In this document: one piece after another, positions 18,040-30,000 of the stretch | Layout: each line of letters starts with the position of its first letter | Position numbering within the stretch: the first letter of the stretch is position 1 | DNA from: an uncultured Actinomycetes bacterium | Lineage (GTDB): Bacteria; Actinomycetota; Actinomycetes; S36-B12; UBA5976 | Length of the DNA stretch: 45,408 nucleotides | Assembly (NCBI GenBank): GCA_903907835.1 | Contig: CAIVPQ010000199.1 | Span: 1-45,408, forward strand | Direction of reading: 5' to 3' | Program-made: the position numbers and the translations under genes | The notes under the pieces: model-generated | What the model saw: only the letters and a program-made list of their open reading frames with translations | The model's database searches: none | Told to the model about the DNA's origin: nothing

Positions 18040-19626
18040 CTAGTGTTCTAGCAATCCATAAAGCAGTGCATCTTCAAGTGCAAGCCAAGACGCGGCAATG
18101 ACATTTTCATGGACACCGACTGTATCCCAACGACGCGCACCTTCTGCGGTTTCAATTAGGACTCTAGTCACTGCGCCAGTGCCCTGGCCCCCATCAAGTA
18201 TTCGAACCTTGTAGTCAACAAGCTCAAGAGTTTCTAGTTGTGGGAACTTAGAAATCAAGGCCTTGCGCAAAGCATTATCAAGCGCATTGACGGGTCCATT
18301 ACCAACACCAGTTGCGACAATTTCTTCTTCGTCAACTATCAGATGCACCGTGGCTTCGCTCGATACACTCCCATCGGCCAACTGCTCTACGACAGTGCGC
18401 CATGACTTACACACAAACTTACGCAGTTCATTGGCACCTAGTGCATTGCGCAACAAAAGTTCAAATGAAGCATCTGCTGCCTCGAATGACCAACCTTGTG
18501 ACTCAAGTCGTTTTACTTGTTCAACAACTTTTGTAATGGCTTCAGGTTCTTTAGATAGGTCATAGCCGAGTTCCTTACCCTTGAGTTCAACTGATGCTCG
18601 GCCAGCCATTTCAGTAACGAGGATACGCATGTCATTTCCGACGAGCTCTGCCTCAATGTGGTTATACAACTCACTGTTAACTTTCAGCGCGCTGGCATGA
18701 AGTCCTGCCTTATGCGCAAAGGATGAAACACCTACATATGGCTGATGGGTATTTGGCGGCAGATTGGCAATCTCGGCAATTGCATGCGAAACACGCACCA
18801 TGTCTTGGAGTGAACCCTCAGGTAACACTTGCTTACCCATCTTCAATTCAATGTTTGCCACGACCGAAAAGAGATCTGCATTCCCGGTGCGCTCGCCATA
18901 ACCATTGGCAGTGCATTGCACATGAGTAGCTCCGGCTTCGACGGCAGCCATTGTGTTGGCAATCGCACATCCGGTGTCATCTTGGCAATGAATTCCGATT
19001 CTTGCCTGCGTGCGACTTGAAACATCAGCAACGATTGCCGCGATTCCAGAAGGAAGCATGCCGCCATTGGTGTCGCATAAAACAGCAACATCAGCTCCTG
19101 CATCTACGGCTGCGCGAATTACTCGGACTCCGTAATCAGAATCATGCTTGTAGCCATCAAAGAAATGTTCACAGTCGATGAAAACCCGACGACCATGTTG
19201 CACTAAATACGCGACCGTGTCGGAGATCATCGAAATGTTCTCATCCAAAGTCGTTTTCAAAGCCTGTTCAACATGCCAAACATCACTTTTGGCTACCAAT
19301 GTGATGACAGGTGCTTGCGAATCAAGCAAAGCTTTGACCTGTTGGTCATCTTCAACTGCTACCCCAGCCTTGCGAGTTGAGCCAAAGGCGACAAGTTTGG
19401 CATTTTCAAGAACTACTTCACCTGCTGCCATTCGAGCAAAAAACTCGGTGTCCTTAGGAAGCGCACCGGGCCAGCCACCTTCGATAAAGCCAACACCAAA
19501 TTCATCAAGCAACTTCGTAACAGTTAGTTTGTCTTCGACTGAATAAGTGATGCCCTCACGCTGAGCACCATCACGAAGTGTTGTGTCATAGACATGGAAA
19601 GTATCGTCGATTTGAGAAGTCATCAT
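18040..19626 (-). CDS. cimA: Citramalate synthase-type LeuA paralogue
   Basis: HMGL-like N-terminus YDTTLRDGAQ with a C-terminal LeuA-dimer-like region, 528 aa. It is distinct from the 580-aa LeuA in the same window. Its start overlaps the ilvE stop (TAATG). Confidence 0.7.
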   Translation of the reverse strand: MMTSQIDDTFHVYDTTLRDGAQREGITYSVEDKLTVTKLLDEFGVGFIEGGWPGALPKDTEFFARMAAGEVVLENAKLVAFGSTRKAGVAVEDDQQVKALLDSQAPVITLVAKSDVWHVEQALKTTLDENISMISDTVAYLVQHGRRVFIDCEHFFDGYKHDSDYGVRVIRAAVDAGADVAVLCDTNGGMLPSGIAAIVADVSSRTQARIGIHCQDDTGCAIANTMAAVEAGATHVQCTANGYGERTGNADLFSVVANIELKMGKQVLPEGSLQDMVRVSHAIAEIANLPPNTHQPYVGVSSFAHKAGLHASALKVNSELYNHIEAELVGNDMRILVTEMAGRASVELKGKELGYDLSKEPEAITKVVEQVKRLESQGWSFEAADASFELLLRNALGANELRKFVCKSWRTVVEQLADGSVSSEATVHLIVDEEEIVATGVGNGPVNALDNALRKALISKFPQLETLELVDYKVRILDGGQGTGAVTRVLIETAEGARRWDTVGVHENVIAASWLALEDALLYGLLEH

Positions 19627-20816
19627 TAAACCAATCGATGAAGCCAGTTATGCAAATCAGGTGCCTGACCTGTCTGAATGTTCACAAGAGCTTGGCGCAA
19701 TTTCATCGTGACTTCGCCTGGTTCACCATCAGCAACAATCCATGATCCACTGCTCTTACTATCGATTCGCCCGACTGGTGTAATTACTGCAGCCGTCCCG
19801 CAGGCAAAGACCTCAGAAATTTCACCAGATGCGCAACCCTCACGCCACTCTTGAACCGTTATTCGGCCCTCTTGAACTGGATAACCAAGATCGTGCGCCA
19901 AAGTTAGAACTGAGTCGCGAGTGACACCCGGCAACAATGTCCCCGTTAGTTCAGGCGTCATCAGTCGAGCATCCTCACCAGTGCCATAAACAAAAAATAG
20001 GTTCATGCCACCCATTTCTTCAACGTACCTACGTTCGATCGCATCAATCCAAACAACTTGATCGCAACCATGTTCAGTAGCCTCGGCCTGAGCCACCAAA
20101 CTAGCCGCATAGTTGCCGGCACATTTTGCCTCGCCAGTGCCACCAGGTGCAGCGCGAACGTAGTCATCAGAGATCCAAACTGAAACTGGTTTAACACCCT
20201 TGGGGAAATATGCCCCAACTGGTGAAGCCATAAGAATGAAAGTCACCTCAAGGGATGGGCGCACACCTAAAGCATTCTCTGACCCAAATTCCAATGGGCG
20301 TAGGTAAAGAGATTTTTCGGGATCGCCAGAAACCCAATTTTGATCCTGTTGCACCAGAGCCTCAATCGCTCCGATAAACAAATCGGTTGGTACCGGCGGC
20401 AGGGCAAGACGATGAGCTGAGCGCTGAAAGCGCAAAGCATTTGCTTCCGGGCGGAATGTGTAAACGCCGCCATCTGCATGACGATAGGCCTTAAGACCCT
20501 CGAAAATTGATTGGCCATAATGAAGTGCGTTGATTCCAAGACCACCAGCACTAAGGTCACTGGCTACCAATCTTGCTTGTTGCCAACCTTCGTCCTTTTT
20601 CCAGATGGCTTGGATCACATTGTCAGTGAAATATTTACCGAATCCTGGTTCAGCCAAAATGACATCGCGGTCAGCAACTGCCAATGGAAATTTGTTCGGC
20701 TCAAGCAAAATTTCTGACCCGCTACTTACACGATCGCTCTGGGGGTACAGCGTGGAACCCGATGCGACTACCTGCGCGGCAGAAACATTGAGATTCGTGT
20801 GTACAAATTCACTCAT
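19626..20816 (-). CDS. ilvE: Branched-chain amino acid aminotransferase
   Basis: Class IV aminotransferase motifs IFEGLKAYR, GGTGEAKCAGNYAAS and LLPGVTRDS. Confidence 0.88.
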   Translation of the reverse strand: MSEFVHTNLNVSAAQVVASGSTLYPQSDRVSSGSEILLEPNKFPLAVADRDVILAEPGFGKYFTDNVIQAIWKKDEGWQQARLVASDLSAGGLGINALHYGQSIFEGLKAYRHADGGVYTFRPEANALRFQRSAHRLALPPVPTDLFIGAIEALVQQDQNWVSGDPEKSLYLRPLEFGSENALGVRPSLEVTFILMASPVGAYFPKGVKPVSVWISDDYVRAAPGGTGEAKCAGNYAASLVAQAEATEHGCDQVVWIDAIERRYVEEMGGMNLFFVYGTGEDARLMTPELTGTLLPGVTRDSVLTLAHDLGYPVQEGRITVQEWREGCASGEISEVFACGTAAVITPVGRIDSKSSGSWIVADGEPGEVTMKLRQALVNIQTGQAPDLHNWLHRLV

Positions 20817-20835
20817 AGGAGAACGCTACTACTGC

Positions 20836-21879
20836 CTAGCCTGCGACCGCAGTCGCTATCGCATCGCCAATTTCACTGGTGCTTCGAGTTCCAGTGCGAG
20901 TCAACAAATCATGGGCAACCGCTTGCTCTACGCCCTTGGCTGCCTCGGTTAGACCTAAGTGATCAAGCATCATGGAAACACTCAAGATGGTGGCAGTTGG
21001 ATCTGCCTTACCTTGACCCGCAATGTCAGGAGCGCTGCCATGGACCGGCTCAAACATACTCGGATTATTACGGCTAGGGTCGATGTTTCCGCTAGCGGCC
21101 AGACCAATGCCTCCTGCAATTGCGGCGCCGATGTCAGTGATGATGTCGCCAAATAGGTTGTCCGTGACTACAACATCGAAACGTTCTGGCTGAGTTAAGA
21201 AGAACATGCTAGCTGCATCAACATGGCAGTAATCAGTTTCGATTGCTGGGTATTCTGCGGCTACATCATTGAAAGCACGCTGCCAGACATCGCCTGCATA
21301 AACCAACACATTCGTTTTATGCACAAGAGTTACCTTGCCGCGGCGCCGTGTTGCGCGATCAAACGCGTCACGAATGATTCGTTCTGCTCCGAAACGGGTG
21401 TTAATGCTTACCTCAGTAGCAACTTCATGCGCCGTTCCCTTACGCAAGAAACCGCCAGCACCGACGTATGGTCCTTCTGTTCCTTCGCGGCAAACTACAA
21501 AATCAATGTCCTTGCTGGTTTTGCCGGCAAGCGGAGATGCCACGCCTTCGAAGAGTTTGACTGGGCGAAGATTTACATGGTGATCCAGCTGGAAACGTAA
21601 TGGCAGAAGAACACCGCGCTCGAGGATCCCTGGAGCGACAGAAGGATCGCCAATGGCACCTAACAAGATGGCTTCGTGACCCTTTAGTTCGGCAACCACA
21701 CTGTCTGGCAATGTTTCGCCAGTAGCGTTGTAACGACGAGCGCCCAAGTCATACTCGGTTGTGCTGATGGTGAGGCCCACACTGGGGGCGATTGCGCGAA
21801 GGACTTTGAGCCCTTCAGCTACTACCTCAGTACCGATACCGTCGCCTGGAATTACTGCCAAAGTTATGTTGCTAGCCAT
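20836..21879 (-). CDS. leuB: 3-isopropylmalate dehydrogenase
   Basis: [23 protein letters not shown] motif and the length typical of the actinobacterial form. Confidence 0.92.
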   Translation of the reverse strand: MASNITLAVIPGDGIGTEVVAEGLKVLRAIAPSVGLTISTTEYDLGARRYNATGETLPDSVVAELKGHEAILLGAIGDPSVAPGILERGVLLPLRFQLDHHVNLRPVKLFEGVASPLAGKTSKDIDFVVCREGTEGPYVGAGGFLRKGTAHEVATEVSINTRFGAERIIRDAFDRATRRRGKVTLVHKTNVLVYAGDVWQRAFNDVAAEYPAIETDYCHVDAASMFFLTQPERFDVVVTDNLFGDIITDIGAAIAGGIGLAASGNIDPSRNNPSMFEPVHGSAPDIAGQGKADPTATILSVSMMLDHLGLTEAAKGVEQAVAHDLLTRTGTRSTSEIGDAIATAVAG

Positions 21880-22000
21880 GCTTCTAAGGGTATCGGGCGA
21901 ATCTGTATTACGGAAAACTCACATCTTGCGCCTTGAGACAAATACAAGGTGCCCATAAGCGACTTCATCATGGGTCGAAATCGCTGATAAGGTGAAAGCA

Positions 22001-23866
<1,866 letters not shown>

Positions 23867-23869
23867 GAA

Positions 23870-24112
23870 ATGATTCATCGTCGTTTACGTTTGACCTTTC
23901 CCGAGGCGCAAGTAACCGAGCCTGTGATTTATCACGTGGTTAAAGATTTCAATGTTGTGCCGAGTATTCGTCGTGCCGCTATTGAGAATCACTTTGGCTG
24001 GATGATCGTTGATTTTGGTGGCGAAGTTGCTGACCTAGATGCAGCTGTGGCTTACCTTGAAGGCCTTGGTGTTGAAGTTGTGAACGCCGAAGGCGACTTC
24101 ATCGCTGGCTAA
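23870..24112 (+). CDS. Stand-alone NIL-domain (MetN C-terminal-like, ACT-like fold) protein, 80 aa
   Basis: RLRLTFPEAQVTEPVIYHVVKDFNVVPSIRRAAIE..GWMIVDFGG..LDAAVAYLEGLGVEV fits the NIL-domain pattern as I recall it. The ATG is 3 nt after the leuA stop, and its AGGAG RBS lies inside the leuA 3' end (23859-23863). Confidence 0.65.
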   Translation: MIHRRLRLTFPEAQVTEPVIYHVVKDFNVVPSIRRAAIENHFGWMIVDFGGEVADLDAAVAYLEGLGVEVVNAEGDFIAG

Positions 24113-24215
24113 TTGCCCCTTTTGATAATGCTGACTAAGGCTATTTTGCCCAGCCGAGATTAGTTGAAAATTGAACTAATCTGAGTTATTCTTGTCTTGG
24201 CTACAGGAGGTCACC

Positions 24216-25175
24216 ATGCCCGCAATACAACCCGAAAACATTTTGGCTCTGCCACGAATTGTTGTAGACAATCCCCTAGCAATTGCTCGACCCGTCGCCC
24301 GATTAGTTAAAGCGCAAACTACTTTCGAAGGCGAAGGGTTCATGGTGCGTCGCCCATTCCCTGGGGGCTTGAGTATGAAAGACGTTGATCCTTTCCTATT
24401 GCTCGATCAAATGGGTGGGTTTGAAGTTGCTCCCGAAGAAGCCAAAGGCACACCTTGGCATCCACACCGTGGATTTGAAACTGTCACATACATGATGGAT
24501 GGTCAATTGCAGCACCAAGATACTTCCGGTGGCGGCGGCATGATTTCTGATGGTTCAACGCAATGGATGACCGCTGGTTCAGGTATTTTGCACATTGAAC
24601 AACCCAGCGAGAAATTGCTACGCAACGGTGGAATGATGCATGGAGTTCAACTCTGGGTTAACCTTCCAGCTGAACACAAGATGGATCCACCCAAGTACCA
24701 AGGAATTGAAGCCTCAAGCGTCAAGCTCCTCACTTCGGCAGATGGTGGCGCGGTAATCCGACTTATCGCAGGCGACCTTGGCGGCCATGTTGGACCTGGT
24801 AGCACCTTCACCCCAATTGTCTACGCACACATAACTGTTGAACCAGGTGCGAAAGTTGTCCTACCTTGGGAACCAGATTTCAACGCAATGGTCTTTGTGC
24901 TCAATGGCTCAGGAACTGTCGGCGTCGAGAAAGCACCTATGCCTGAATCTACTTTGGCTCTACTAGGTCCAGGAGACACTGTCGTTTTCCAAGCAGATGA
25001 TGCGCAACATGGGGCAGCCAAGAAACTTGATGTGTTGGTCCTAGGTGGCAAACCAATCGGTGAGCCAGTTGCACATTACGGTCCATTCGTGATGAACACT
25101 CATGCTGAGATTGTGCAAGCCGTGGAAGATTTTCAAAAGGGTCGCATGGGAGTTATCCCGCCGATTCACGCTTAG
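24216..25175 (+). CDS. Pirin-family (bicupin) protein
   Basis: Cupin metal motif WHPHRGFETVTYM. ATG 24216 has an AGGAGG RBS (24205-24210); the track TTG start at 24192 is rejected. Confidence 0.85.
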   Translation: MPAIQPENILALPRIVVDNPLAIARPVARLVKAQTTFEGEGFMVRRPFPGGLSMKDVDPFLLLDQMGGFEVAPEEAKGTPWHPHRGFETVTYMMDGQLQHQDTSGGGGMISDGSTQWMTAGSGILHIEQPSEKLLRNGGMMHGVQLWVNLPAEHKMDPPKYQGIEASSVKLLTSADGGAVIRLIAGDLGGHVGPGSTFTPIVYAHITVEPGAKVVLPWEPDFNAMVFVLNGSGTVGVEKAPMPESTLALLGPGDTVVFQADDAQHGAAKKLDVLVLGGKPIGEPVAHYGPFVMNTHAEIVQAVEDFQKGRMGVIPPIHA

Positions 25176-25186
25176 TTTTAGACATA

Positions 25187-25230
25187 AGCTAAGGCCCCTG
25201 TTGGAACTAAATCCAGCAGGGGCCTTAGCT
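25187..25230. terminator. Bidirectional hairpin terminator between the pirin gene and the serA-like gene
   Basis: AGCTAAGGCCCCTG (25187-25200) pairs with CAGGGGCCTTAGCT (25217-25230). The stem extends inward to about 19 bp. Confidence 0.8.
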
Positions 25231-25237
25231 ATTTAAA

Positions 25238-26203
25238 TTAAATGCTTAGTGTGACCTTGTCAGCGTTGAAAGCACCAGGAACTTCTTGACCGCTAAATGC
25301 TGCAACTACTGATTCAGCAACTGCGATACCAGCCTTTTCTTGGGCTTCTTCAGTTGATGCGCCAAGGTGTGGGGTTGCTGTTACCTGCTCGAGAGCAAAT
25401 AGTGGCGAATCAGTGCAAGGCTCTGATGCGTAAACATCAAGTCCAGCGCCTGCTACGCGACCTTCGACGATTGCATCGTAAAGTGCAGCCTCATCAAGTA
25501 CGCCACCGCGAGCAGCATTGATGATTCGTACTGATGGCTTGACCTTTGTTAAGGCTTCAACGCCAATTAGGCCAACGGTCTCCGGCGTCTTTGGAATGTG
25601 GATAGTGATGAAATCAGACTGGGCCAGGAGTTCATCCAGAGAAACCATTTTGATTTCTGGGCCACCAGTTGGTGCCACAGTTACGTAGGGATCGTAAGCA
25701 ACAAAGTTCACATCGAAGCCAGCAAGGCGCTTGGCAACTAGAAGGCCAATCTTGCCCATACCGATGATGCCGATGGTCTTATCTTGAAGTTCGATTCCAC
25801 CAAACTTGGCGCGCTTCCATTCACCATCTTTCAAAGTGATGTTTGCTGGCACAACGTTTCTAGCATTTGCAAGAAGCAGTGCAACCGCAAGTTCAGCAGC
25901 AGAGACAATGTTGCTAGTCGGAGCATTTACCACTAGAACGTTGGCCTCAGTTGCCGCAGGAATGTCAACGTTATCTAGCCCAACACCCGCGCGCGCAATG
26001 ACCTTTAGGTTTGGGGCAGCTGCGATGGCTTCAGCGTCTACTTTGGTTGCCGAACGGACCAAAATTGCATTAGCTTCGGCGATTGCAGGCAGCAATTCAG
26101 CACGATCAGCACCATTGCAATGGCGAATATCGAATGCGTCGCCAAGGACGCCAATGGTGGCTGGTGAGAGTTCTTCGGCGATTAAAACTACTGGTTTTGT
26201 CAT
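25238..26203 (-). CDS. serA: D-3-phosphoglycerate dehydrogenase-like 2-hydroxyacid dehydrogenase, short form without ACT/ASB domains
   Basis: NAD-binding motif GIIGMGKIGLLVAKR with catalytic-region motifs ARGGVLDE and TPHLGAST. It holds the syntenic serA position between ilvC and leuB, but is only 321 aa. Confidence 0.7.
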   Translation of the reverse strand: MTKPVVLIAEELSPATIGVLGDAFDIRHCNGADRAELLPAIAEANAILVRSATKVDAEAIAAAPNLKVIARAGVGLDNVDIPAATEANVLVVNAPTSNIVSAAELAVALLLANARNVVPANITLKDGEWKRAKFGGIELQDKTIGIIGMGKIGLLVAKRLAGFDVNFVAYDPYVTVAPTGGPEIKMVSLDELLAQSDFITIHIPKTPETVGLIGVEALTKVKPSVRIINAARGGVLDEAALYDAIVEGRVAGAGLDVYASEPCTDSPLFALEQVTATPHLGASTEEAQEKAGIAVAESVVAAFSGQEVPGAFNADKVTLSI

Positions 26204-26308
26204 ATCTAAACCTTATTAGATGTGCTTGTGAATTGTTTCACGAGGTCCCACATCTCATACAAGTTCAGCACTAATTCGCTTCCGGGGGCAATGTGCAAGG
26301 CGTTCAAT

Positions 26309-27016
26309 TTAAGGAAAGTTTGAGATGTTTTCAAAGTTGGCTACTTCTGGTGGTACTTCATTGCTTGAGTAAGTTTTCACTAAGTGCCCCCACCAAACCC
26401 ATCTACGAGCCGAACCCCACCGCGGATCGCAGGTCACCAATGACATTAAGTTGCTACTCGCGACCTGCCGGGATATCTGACCAGGCTGTTCATCTATGAC
26501 CCAAACATCTCGTGGCTTAACTTTCAAGTCTTTATCTAACACATACACAAACCAATTGTTAAATGTGCGTACATAGATGCGATCTCCACGTTGCAGGCGA
26601 TCAAAGTTGGCAAACGGTTGACCATTCGTAGCGCGATGGCCAGCCAAGGCAAAGTTGCCTCGCTCTCCTGGTAGCGCCGTGCCCAAGTAGTGGCCAACCC
26701 CAGAATTTAACTCACTAGGGTCGACTCCCTCAAGCACTGGTGTTGCCCAGACATGGTTACCCAGCCTCGGAATGTAGAGCAAGGCAAAGGCATCAGACTG
26801 TCGCACTCGGCCAGATTGTGCATAATCATGATCTTTTGTCTGACTTACTGGATCACCTTTTTCCCATTCGGCAAGGAGCCTTTGTCGCACTTCAGTCGCA
26901 CGAACATGCGAGGCATAGTTGGTCCACACGTGTTGGTGAAATGTGAACCCAACTAGCCAAAGCATGCCCGCGCCTGCAAGGACCATGGTCCAAAGCAACC
27001 ATCTGCGGTCGCGCAT
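26309..27016 (-). CDS. Sortase, probably class E
   Basis: N-terminal TM segment WLLWTMVLAGAGMLWLVGF with catalytic His (LAGHR), Cys (LVTCDP) and Arg (ARRWVWWG). The ATG is 11 nt downstream of the stop of an LAFTG-bearing substrate gene. Confidence 0.85.
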   Translation of the reverse strand: MRDRRWLLWTMVLAGAGMLWLVGFTFHQHVWTNYASHVRATEVRQRLLAEWEKGDPVSQTKDHDYAQSGRVRQSDAFALLYIPRLGNHVWATPVLEGVDPSELNSGVGHYLGTALPGERGNFALAGHRATNGQPFANFDRLQRGDRIYVRTFNNWFVYVLDKDLKVKPRDVWVIDEQPGQISRQVASSNLMSLVTCDPRWGSARRWVWWGHLVKTYSSNEVPPEVANFENISNFP

Positions 27017-27027
27017 GGCCCACTGTC

Positions 27028-30000
27028 CTAGTATTCGTAGATTCGGCGACGTCGATTAGCAAGGTAGCCCACGATAGCCAGGCCACTGAATATGACGGAG
27101 ATCAACTGCCAGTGACTTCCGTCCACGCCAGTGAAAGCAAGCTGTCCAGCACGTGGGTAACACCCTGGATCTGCTGTAATCGGGACTGGTACTCGAGTAG
27201 TGGATGTAGTGATGCGCACTTCAACAACCGCCTTTGAGTGGATGCTGTAGAACGGAGCAGAAGGGTTCAGCACCCAGCGACCATCGGATGATTTGTAGCG
27301 GCCTGGATAAGCCAAGATGGTTCCGTCTGAGGTAAAACTGACACCAGGCCAGTAGAAGAAGCCCTCAATCAACTGGCCTTGTTTCCAACCAGCTGGTGTT
27401 GTCACATAGTCCACTCTCAGGGCACCGTTAGCCAACAGTGCGGCTGTATCCATCGCATCAATATCAATGTCCTGATCTCGGTATCCACCAGGAGTCCACC
27501 AAATTAGCGCCACAGTGATAGGTGAGCCAGGACTTGCTGGATTTCCATACAGCGGGATGCTGTAATCCATAGTCAAAATGTTGTTTCGACAAGTCGCCTC
27601 AGGGTCAAGCGCGACTGCCTCAATCGGGGTGGAATCTTGCGAACAGTTGTTCTCTGTACTGACCTCGATGCCACTCGTTGATACGCACGCAATATTAATG
27701 AGGGATGGAATCGTAACTTCTGAGAAGTCGATTGGTCGAGTGATTACTGCGGTAAAGACAATTGTTGATGAAGCACCTGGCGCCAAAATTCCACTATTGC
27801 CAATATACTTGGCGGTGAAGAGCCCTAGCGTGCTGGCCGAAGTATCCCAATCCGGTGCCACAATTGAATCAAAATCAATCTCCAATGCGTCTTCAATATC
27901 ATCAGTCACAACAACATCAAGCGCGTCATCGAAACCTGCAAGTTTGCCCGAGTTGGTCACCGTTAACTCGTAGGTGATGGGGCTGGTTGACTTGCCATTG
28001 ACTGCAGAATTACCAGTTGGCACTGTGTGCTTCTTGATGATGGTCAGGTCCATCGCATTGATGTAGTGCGAGTTGTCACAGCCAGTCTCTGGTGACAACT
28101 CTGGTGGAGTCACCTCTTCATCGGAAATCTCACAATCACCACCATCGCCTGGTGTCACAAGATTTATCAGATCTAGTCCGGCGGCGTCCGCGTCAATAGT
28201 GATGACGTAATTAACAGATGTGGATTGACCTGGGGCAAGTGTCGGGATTGCCCATGTCATCGTTACGCCATCAGGCTCCATTGTTAAGCCCTGAGCTAAA
28301 GGCAATGTCAGAGCAGCCTTATCAAGCACCTGCGACATGTCATCAATAGCTGTCGCGCCAATCACTGTGGCTTGAGAGTCATTGCGAGCCGTCATTGTGT
28401 AAGTCACAACTTGGTTCGGCTCCAGCACCACGCCATTTCCGGGATCCGATGTTTTTGAAATTAAGAAGTGCGGAGTGAAGTTTTCTGTCTCACAAGATTC
28501 AACACAACTTCCACCTGTTGGGGGCGTAACAACATTTGATAATGTCACGCCGTATGCCCCTTCACTCACCGTCACGTCATATGTCAGTGTGGCTGAACTG
28601 CTCACTGCCCCTGCATTCCAAGTCAAAGTTGTCTCGGTCAGGCTTGCTTCACCTGAATCGACTTGAATGGTGCCAAAAGCAGCATGATTTAACACACTAC
28701 TTAAGTCATCGGTCACCACAACATCAGTTGGCATCGCACCTGACGTGCGAGTCAAGGTAACTGTGTAAGTTATTTTCTCGCCAGGATTAACAGGTGATCC
28801 AGTCGCAGGATCACTGGTCTTGTTTACAGTCCAAGTGGCTGGAATGGCGGTGTTGATGATTTCGCAAGACACATCCTGACCGGGTGCCACATTAACAACA
28901 TTCCCTACAACTGGCACATCGCCACAGTCCCACTGTGATGCCGTGTATCCATCAGGACCAGACTCGCTCAGAGTGTAACTACCCACTTGAACTGTGCTCT
29001 TGGTCCCTGAAGTAACACCTGTGATGTTAGTTGGACCACTTGCTGACAGGGACCAATCCGTTGCCGTGAAGGTGGCACCTGTCTCACCGTTTTCTACTGA
29101 CTTATTCAAAGTAAGCGTTGGAGCAATCGCTGTATTGGTGACCGTGCAAGTAACGTCATCACCAAGCGACATCGAAACGACATCCCCTTGCATCTCAGCC
29201 TCACCACAATCCCAGGCCGATGCGGTGTAACCATCAGGACCAGACTCACTCAATGCGTAGTCGCCGATTTTTACTGGGTTTACAGCACCAGAGGCAACTT
29301 CCTCAATTGCTGTAGGACCACTAGCCGAGAGCAGCCAATCCGCCGGTGTGCCAGCAGCACCCGTATCACCGTTATCAACGATCTTCTTCAAAGTCAGAAG
29401 TGGCGTTGTTGCAGTATTAGTAATTGTGCAAGAGATGTCTTGACCAACACCTACAACCACAACACCGGAAGTCACACTTGCACTGCCACAATCCCAAACT
29501 GAGGAAGCATAGCCAGAGGCCCCAAGCTCACTCAAGGTGTAAGAACCAACCTGGACAGTAGTTTTTGTACCGGTCAGAACACCTGAAACATTTGTTGGTC
29601 CATCTGCGGACAGTGACCAATCTGTTGACACATGGGTTGCGCCTGTATCACCGTTAACGACGACCTTGTTGAGAGTCAACGAAGATGTCTCTGCCGTGTT
29701 TGTGATTGTGCAAGAGATATCCTGACCAACTGGAACTAGAACACTACCCTCGACAACGGCTGCGTTGCCACAATCCCAATCTGATGCTGTGTATCCATCA
29801 AGTCCAGATTCGCTCAATGAGTAAGTACCAACCTGAACTGTAGTTTTAGTTCCGCTTGCAACTTGATTGATTGCAGTTGGTCCAGAAGCAGATAACTTCC
29901 AATCACTAGCTGTATGTGTTGCTCCTGTTTGCCCGTTGTCAACCACCTTGTTCAAAGTCAAGGTCGGAGCGACAGCTGTATTTGTGACCGTGCAAATGAT

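Noticed and set aside
26218-26255. A nested inverted repeat, AGATGTG...GTGAA-TTGT-TTCAC...CACATCT, in the serA-like 5' region.
   Set aside because: The stems are only 5 and 7 bp and are separated by asymmetric internal loops. No recognisable riboswitch or operator consensus is present, so the evidence is insufficient.
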